Below, piece by piece: positions 25,961 through 32,106 of a stretch of 32,106 nt of DNA; position 1 is the stretch's first letter; each line of letters opens with the position of its first letter. Under the pieces are notes generated by a model. That model saw only the letters and a list, made by a program, of their open reading frames with translations, ran no database searches and had not been told where the DNA came from. Origin of the DNA: an uncultured Anaerocolumna sp. (GTDB taxonomy: Bacteria > Bacillota > Clostridia > Lachnospirales > Lachnospiraceae). A program made the translations under genes and the position numbers. The stretch covers positions 1 through 32,106 of the forward strand of contig CALDJN010000389.1 in the NCBI GenBank assembly GCA_937901695.1, written 5' to 3'.

Positions 25961-28487
25961 ACTTTTTTGCTCCAATATCTGTGGCAGGATTTTCATCGAC
26001 AGTTTCGTCATTACCATCTAAACCATCATTTACCTCCCCCTCAAGACCATTGCTTATATCACCATTAGCCCCTCCATCTATATCTGCATCACCTTTATTT
26101 ATATCCTCTATATCTAAGCCTGATTGGTTATCAGTATCTACTTCAGGTTCTGTATCCTCATAAAATCCATCATCATTAGGTTCATTCCATTGGTCCCCTG
26201 AATCAGGGTCTGTATTAAAGTCTTGATTTTCACTATTATCTATATTTTCCTGATTACTTCCTTTTCCTTTGTTATCCTGATTTTCAATAGTGTTCTGATT
26301 ATTAGAGTCTTCTAGATTATTAACCGAATCTTTCTCCGTTTCCTCCACTTCCTCCTTCACTTCTTCTTCCGGAGGTCGATTATCTACATAAGGTATAAAT
26401 TTTTTATATTCTAAGTCTTTATGTATTTTATCCATATAAGTTTTCCATATAGTACCTGGGTAGTTAGAACCATATAGGTTGCCCAGAGACTTTGGAATGT
26501 CATACCCAACCCATACTCCTGTAGTGTAATAAGGGGTATACCCTACAAACCAGCCATCTTTGTTATCATTTGTTGTTCCGGTTTTACCGGCACTGGGCAT
26601 ATTCTCCAAAGCTAAACCTCTTCCTGTTCCCCTTGTTATGACACCCTCTAATACGTTTGTCATCATCCTTGCTGCATTGGTTTCATAGATTCGCTTTTGC
26701 TTATTGGTTTCACCTACAACTTCATTTCCTTCTGCATCTAATATCTTTATAATACAGGTAGGCTCGCGAAAGACTCCGTCATTTTCTAAGGCAGCATAAG
26801 CTGAGGTTAGTTCAACTGGGCTTGTTCCTATTGTAAAACCTCCTAAAGATGCTGCAGGTATATAATCTTTTTTATCAATTTTAGAAAAATTCATATTTAG
26901 TAAATAGGATAGTCCGGCTTTAGGAGTTAACTCTTCAAACATTTTCCAAGCTATGGTATTCTTTGATAATTCAATTGCCCTTCTTAATTCCATTTTACCG
27001 GAATAGCCTCCGCCGGCATTAGAAGGTCCATCTTTTATGGGTTCATCAACAACTATATTGTCGGGATAATACCCTTTCTCAAAGCTAGGCGTATATACGA
27101 TAAGTGGTTTTATGGCACTTCCCGGCTGCCTAAAGCTTTGATATCCTCTGTTTAAGGTATAACCGTTATATTCCTGGGACCTTCCTCCTACAATGGCAGC
27201 CACTTTACCGGTTGCGTTGTCTATACTAACGGCTGCTCCCTGCAATGTATAGATTCCTTCTTTATTCACTTCTTTATAATCTTTTAAAGTATCATCAACT
27301 GCTTGCTGTAGTTGTTTTTGTTTCTTTAAATCAATGGAGGTGTAGATACGATATCCTTTAAAATACAGAGACTTTTGAACCTTATTATATAAATCATAAT
27401 ACTGTTCCTCGTATCTTTCCTGTTGTTCTTTATTCTCAAACTGGTATTTGAATTCAAAACCCTGCTTTTCCATCAGAGCTCTTGTGGCACAATGATATAC
27501 ATAAGTATCTACATAATTGTTTTTTTTCTCTTTACTTAAAGAAAGTTTAATATCCTGGCTGGCAGCCTTATTGTATGCTTCCAGTCCTATCCGGCCATCA
27601 TTATACATCTGCCCCAGAATACGATTGCGCCTGCCTATGGTATTATCCATATGATTTAAAGGATTATAGAGGGTGGGATTATTGGGTATAGCACATAAAA
27701 ATGCGATTTCTGACAGGGTAAGGTCTTTGGATTTCTTACTAAAATATCCTTTACTTGCTGCTTCTATACCATAATAACCATTAGCGAAGTAAATATTATT
27801 CAAATAAAACTCCATAATATCTTCTTTGTTATATTTTTTCTCTAACTCAATAGCAATAAATATTTCTTTTAATTTTCTTTCATAGCTTACTTCATTGCTA
27901 AGGAATATATTTCTTGCCAGCTGCTGGGTAATAGTGCTGGCACCTTGGGTTATCTCACCTTCATTTTTAATAAGAGCTGTCATAGCCCTGATAATAGCCA
28001 GCAGGTCTACCCCCTCATGTGACATAAACTTTTTATCTTCAATAGAAATCATAGCGTCAATTACTGTGTCTGGAATATCTTTATACTCCAGGTAATATAC
28101 ATCTTTTTCTCCCTTTAGTACAGAGGATAGTTTTCCATTTACATCATATACTAAGCTGGTTTCTGTCTGGCGGAAAGTATCCCTGTCAGACATTCTGACT
28201 ACCTCCTGGGCTTCTTTTTGATATCGGATGATGGTATCACCGTATTTAAAATAAATGAACAAGCCTGCTATCAAAACACATAAAGATAGAATTAATAGCA
28301 TAATTAGAAAAGACCAGCCTATTGTTTTACCGAAAGAACGTTTTTCTTTTTTACTGGCTTGTTTCTTATTCTTATTCTGTTTCGATTTGTGATTCGTCTT
28401 TTTATTAGTATTCATGCTGTTTTTTTTATTTGTCCTCTTATTCTTTTGACTTGTATTTGTTCTTGAATTCGATGCTGATTTATTCAT
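25959..28487 (-). CDS. Class A penicillin-binding protein (PBP1A-type)
   Basis: TM anchor; transglycosylase motifs EDKKFMSHEG, GASTITQQL, RKLKE; transpeptidase motifs SAIK, SKN, KTGT; acidic C-terminal tail. Confidence 0.93.
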   Translation of the reverse strand: MNKSASNSRTNTSQKNKRTNKKNSMNTNKKTNHKSKQNKNKKQASKKEKRSFGKTIGWSFLIMLLILSLCVLIAGLFIYFKYGDTIIRYQKEAQEVVRMSDRDTFRQTETSLVYDVNGKLSSVLKGEKDVYYLEYKDIPDTVIDAMISIEDKKFMSHEGVDLLAIIRAMTALIKNEGEITQGASTITQQLARNIFLSNEVSYERKLKEIFIAIELEKKYNKEDIMEFYLNNIYFANGYYGIEAASKGYFSKKSKDLTLSEIAFLCAIPNNPTLYNPLNHMDNTIGRRNRILGQMYNDGRIGLEAYNKAASQDIKLSLSKEKKNNYVDTYVYHCATRALMEKQGFEFKYQFENKEQQERYEEQYYDLYNKVQKSLYFKGYRIYTSIDLKKQKQLQQAVDDTLKDYKEVNKEGIYTLQGAAVSIDNATGKVAAIVGGRSQEYNGYTLNRGYQSFRQPGSAIKPLIVYTPSFEKGYYPDNIVVDEPIKDGPSNAGGGYSGKMELRRAIELSKNTIAWKMFEELTPKAGLSYLLNMNFSKIDKKDYIPAASLGGFTIGTSPVELTSAYAALENDGVFREPTCIIKILDAEGNEVVGETNKQKRIYETNAARMMTNVLEGVITRGTGRGLALENMPSAGKTGTTNDNKDGWFVGYTPYYTTGVWVGYDIPKSLGNLYGSNYPGTIWKTYMDKIHKDLEYKKFIPYVDNRPPEEEVKEEVEETEKDSVNNLEDSNNQNTIENQDNKGKGSNQENIDNSENQDFNTDPDSGDQWNEPNDDGFYEDTEPEVDTDNQSGLDIEDINKGDADIDGGANGDISNGLEGEVNDGLDGNDETVDENPATDIGAKK

Positions 28488-28600
28488 AAGACCTTGGGAC
28501 TATGTACTTTTATTAGCCATAATATTATAATCCTCTATGCTTTTTCCATGGATGACTTCTTAATAATGTCGAATATGCTCCTGCCACTTATTCGATAAAT

Positions 28601-30757
28601 TTAGATGTTGAGATTTATATAATTATAATCCACTTGCATCTGGTCAAGAAAAGACTTTTCTCTTTTATGACAGGTAAATAATATGATTTGCCCATTTTCA
28701 CTTTGTGCAAGTGATTCCAAAGCAGCTTTTGTCCGCTTATCATCATATAGGGCAAAGCAATCATCTAACAAGATTGGCATTGCTCCTTTTCCATACACTA
28801 AATCAGATATGGCTAGTCGAAGTGCCAGATATAATTGGCATATGGTTCCTGCACTTAGCTTGTCTAATAATATGTAGTTGTCTTGCCCCTCTACTTTAAT
28901 GTTCATTTTCTCATCTACTTTAACATTGGAATACTTTCCATTGGTTATGGATTCTGCAAGTTTCGAAACCAGCTCATTTAATTTCCATCCGAAACTGTCA
29001 TGAATATCTACAGAAAGATTTTCAATGGTTTCTATGGCTAAATTGATTGCAGATAATTCCACTTCATTATTCTTAGCTTGTTCCTCTGCTTCCTGAAGCT
29101 GCCTGGTCAGCTGCATTAGTCTTTCTTCATTGTCTTCTAAAGCTTTTAATTCCCACTTTATCTTTTCTTTTTTCAGTTTAATTTCTTCGTACTCTTTGGC
29201 TCTATTGTCCTTTAAATGGGCAATGGACTGCTTTTCATTTCTAATGTACTCCTCCAATAATGAGAAACTGCTATTACCTGCTTCAAAGACTGGCAATCCT
29301 TCTTTATGATATAAATTGGAGAAGGCACTAAAATACCCAATCAATTCTTCTTCTGTTATGTGAATTTTATTACTAGTATTCATTATTTGTTCTTCATAGT
29401 CCTCTATTTGGTTTTGAAGGTGCCCAAGAGACATCTCTGATTTTAAATGATATTCATACTGACTCTTTAATTCTTGTTCACTGGCAACATGATTTCTATC
29501 TAAAATACTTTGCCTCTTACTATTTAATTTTTTTAGATTCTCTTCTAAAATCCGATACCACTCTTCTGTATTATGCTGCTTTGCTTTCCATTGTTTTACT
29601 AAATATAAAAATCCAATAAAAGCTGCAGCTCCAATGGCTGCAATGGCTAACAAAAAGGGGCTCTTATGCTTCATAAAAAAGAGAATACCAATAATACACG
29701 CAATCACCGGTATAAGTCCAATAAATAGATTACCCATTCTTTCTTTTTTCATCTTATCCCAATAATCTTCTGTAAAAGTAGATTTCTTTTCCTCATATTG
29801 AACTATGTTATAATTAATATTCTCAAGTTCTTTCAGCTGTTCCAGAAGATAACTGCTCCCTTTCGTACTGCCTAATAGATTGCTTTGCTCTTCCTTTAAT
29901 CTATTTTGCTTCTCTTTCAGACTTTGTTTTAGATTCCTATCCTGGCAGTAACTATTATACTTTTCTCTTATAACAGGAAAATAATCCAGATGTTCCTCGT
30001 ATTTTACCATTGAGCCAAAGCCCTTTTCCTCTGGATTCATTGCTCCAAAACTTTGAGAAGTACCTTCATTTTTACTAAATTGCAGTTTTTCCTTTTGTTC
30101 TAATTCTTTTAATTGTAAGGTTAATTCATCTATTTTATCTTCTTTTTGAATACATTCCTCCAGTTCTTCTTTTATCATTTTAATTTTATTGTCTAACTGA
30201 AGGTTCTCCAGTTCTTTTCGCTTATCCTTTAAAATATTCTGTGCTCTGGTTACATCTACTTCATTACTTTTTGACATAGATAGATTAGCAAGATAATTTC
30301 GTACTTCTTCTACCAGTTCCTTATCCGTTTTTGCTCTTAGCTGCTCAACACTGATTGTATTACGATAGCCCGATTCCGTAAGTCCGCCATAAAGCTCCAC
30401 AAGCTCCTCAGGTTTTAAGTTTATCTCCCTTCCAGTATTAATATCTATAATAGTACAGTTCTTTGTATTCTTATCAAAATTGCGAAGGATACGATATGCC
30501 TTACCATCCGCTTCTATATCCATACTTCCGTTATAAGCACCAGGTGTATCCCAAGGCTGGTACTTTAAATAGGTATCGTCTTTGGAGGCTCTTCCTCTTT
30601 GCTTTTCTATTCCAAATAACATTCCTTTAATAAAGGTATGAATGGTAGATTTACCTGCTTCATTTTCTCCATAAATTAGGTTTATGCCACTTTTTAAAGT
30701 AATTGTTTTATTATGAAATTTTCCAAAATGATTTAATCTTAATTCTTTGATTTCCAA
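28601..30757 (-). CDS. YhaN/SbcE-like SMC/Rad50-type ATPase
   Basis: Walker A GENEAGKST, long coiled coils, signature LSAGT, Walker B ILLDD, H-loop FTCH; central hydrophobic hairpin; TTG start with GGGAG RBS. Confidence 0.82.
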   Translation of the reverse strand: MEIKELRLNHFGKFHNKTITLKSGINLIYGENEAGKSTIHTFIKGMLFGIEKQRGRASKDDTYLKYQPWDTPGAYNGSMDIEADGKAYRILRNFDKNTKNCTIIDINTGREINLKPEELVELYGGLTESGYRNTISVEQLRAKTDKELVEEVRNYLANLSMSKSNEVDVTRAQNILKDKRKELENLQLDNKIKMIKEELEECIQKEDKIDELTLQLKELEQKEKLQFSKNEGTSQSFGAMNPEEKGFGSMVKYEEHLDYFPVIREKYNSYCQDRNLKQSLKEKQNRLKEEQSNLLGSTKGSSYLLEQLKELENINYNIVQYEEKKSTFTEDYWDKMKKERMGNLFIGLIPVIACIIGILFFMKHKSPFLLAIAAIGAAAFIGFLYLVKQWKAKQHNTEEWYRILEENLKKLNSKRQSILDRNHVASEQELKSQYEYHLKSEMSLGHLQNQIEDYEEQIMNTSNKIHITEEELIGYFSAFSNLYHKEGLPVFEAGNSSFSLLEEYIRNEKQSIAHLKDNRAKEYEEIKLKKEKIKWELKALEDNEERLMQLTRQLQEAEEQAKNNEVELSAINLAIETIENLSVDIHDSFGWKLNELVSKLAESITNGKYSNVKVDEKMNIKVEGQDNYILLDKLSAGTICQLYLALRLAISDLVYGKGAMPILLDDCFALYDDKRTKAALESLAQSENGQIILFTCHKREKSFLDQMQVDYNYINLNI

Positions 30758-30835
30758 GATTTCTTCTCCCTATTACCTTACTTTTGCTCTAGTAATGAAA
30801 TCATACTCTGTAATATTTTCGTTATCAGCATCTTA

Positions 30836-31915
30836 TTATCTTACTTTTGCTCCCAGTAATGCCTCCAGCCCGTAGTATAATGCCTTCTTTCCAACTACTT
30901 CCTGATTTTTTACCTTTTCGCTTTGAACTTTTATACCTTTTATATACAAACCTATCATATTATCCTGATTTTCTTGGTAGAGAGCTTCAAAATCATAATC
31001 GGGAACCGTATCATCAATTACCTCAATTACATTTCCTAGACTATAGATATCTTCCTTTTGAAAGGAAATATCTGCATCACGAAATCCTGTAATTTGGAAT
31101 ATATATATATTCTGCTCTCCATATTCTTTTATTTTAGCTTTTGCCATATCCATTAACGCTCCATTGGTGAAGCTTGGCTGAATCGGCAATTCTACTTTCA
31201 CATATTCTCTTACAGAATGAGGGATAAAATCTAAATGAATATGGGAAATGACTTCTTCTTTTATTATTTCCCCCATAATATACCCTCTTGGACCTGTTTC
31301 ATTTTTATCTAATGGCTCCAGAGAGCCTGCATATGCCATTCTTTCACCAAATAATTCCGGTTTATGAATATGTCCTAATGCCACATAGTCGAATCCATTA
31401 TTAAGAACAGCCTTTTTATCTATGGGTATATTTTTCTCATCACCACCATGGGCAAGTAATATATTGATTCGTTCCTCACATCCCGGCCTTACTTTATTAT
31501 ACATTGGCTTTGTAATGTCTCTTGTATGATAACTAAAACCATAAACTTCCGTATTAATGTCTTCTAAGTATATACTGTCCATATCCTCTTCCATTAACAT
31601 ATGAACCCCATTACACCAGTCAAAACCAACATAGTTTGATCTGGCACCTATATAATCGTGATTACCTGCTATTATAATAACTTTAGTCTTAATTAATTTT
31701 TCAAAACTATAGTTTACTTCTTTTAATTCTCTTATTAAAGGCTGTTTATGAAATAAATCACCTGAAATTAGTAATAAATCTATTTCTTTCTCATTGCATA
31801 TATCTATGATTCTGTTAAAACTGGATAAAATCTCTTTTTCTCTCATAACGCCCCAAGGATAATTAGAGTCTGGCTTTGCGCCTATATGTATATCTGATAT
31901 ATGAATAAATTTCAT
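30836..31915 (-). CDS. YhaO/SbcD-like metallophosphoesterase nuclease
   Basis: SDIHIG, GDLFH, GNHD, AHG, ALGHIH, YAGS motifs; GAGGAG RBS; upstream of the ATPase. Confidence 0.88.
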   Translation of the reverse strand: MKFIHISDIHIGAKPDSNYPWGVMREKEILSSFNRIIDICNEKEIDLLLISGDLFHKQPLIRELKEVNYSFEKLIKTKVIIIAGNHDYIGARSNYVGFDWCNGVHMLMEEDMDSIYLEDINTEVYGFSYHTRDITKPMYNKVRPGCEERINILLAHGGDEKNIPIDKKAVLNNGFDYVALGHIHKPELFGERMAYAGSLEPLDKNETGPRGYIMGEIIKEEVISHIHLDFIPHSVREYVKVELPIQPSFTNGALMDMAKAKIKEYGEQNIYIFQITGFRDADISFQKEDIYSLGNVIEVIDDTVPDYDFEALYQENQDNMIGLYIKGIKVQSEKVKNQEVVGKKALYYGLEALLGAKVR

Positions 31916-31968
31916 AGGACCACTCCTCGTATACTGATTTAAAATGAAATCGAATATTTGTTTTCATT

Positions 31969-31997
31969 ATTGTACCATTATTTTAATTTCATGACAA
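31969..31997 (-). promoter_or_regulatory. SigA-type promoter for the nuclease-ATPase operon
   Basis: Minus strand TTGTCA-17 nt-TACAAT with extended TG. Confidence 0.65.
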
Positions 31998-32106
31998 CCA
32001 AAGGAATTCTTAAGAATTACTATATAAAATAAAAAGTTGGCTTATTAAATAAGGACGCTTTGCCTGAGGGGGTGTTGAGAACTCAGAAAGTGTTGTCAGG
32101 GTCTTC

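Noticed and set aside
25810-26163. 117-aa ORF
   Set aside because: Starts inside repeat D and runs antisense to the PBP tail.

Overview
AT-rich chromosomal segment of a low-GC Firmicute; gene content and order suggest Clostridia, probably Lachnospiraceae (inference). It is mostly housekeeping: DUF1846 protein, prsA-like foldase, mfd, pth, DUF4003-like protein, PocR/AraC regulator, HTH-Fic fusion, galE, a sugar kinase plus nucleotidyltransferase pair, a transglutaminase-like protein, spoVG, glgD/glgC, murC, dnaD-like and dnaC/dnaI-like genes, prs, a class A PBP and a YhaN/YhaO (SbcCD-like) pair. I see no transposase, integrase, cas gene, rRNA or tRNA. The most unusual content is intergenic: (i) four copies of a TGTC-tagged palindromic element, three of them framed by outer inverted repeats and carrying one-sided tandem arrays (42-nt or 19-nt units); (ii) a perfect 34-bp inverted duplication that splits the end of one copy; (iii) a 277-nt rod-like inverted repeat whose terminal 15-mer recurs at the window end; (iv) a second small palindromic repeat family; (v) a two-part DnaA-box cluster and a structured leader upstream of dnaD-dnaC; (vi) paired palindromes on the HTH-Fic promoter. 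All product calls come from motif recognition, not database searches.
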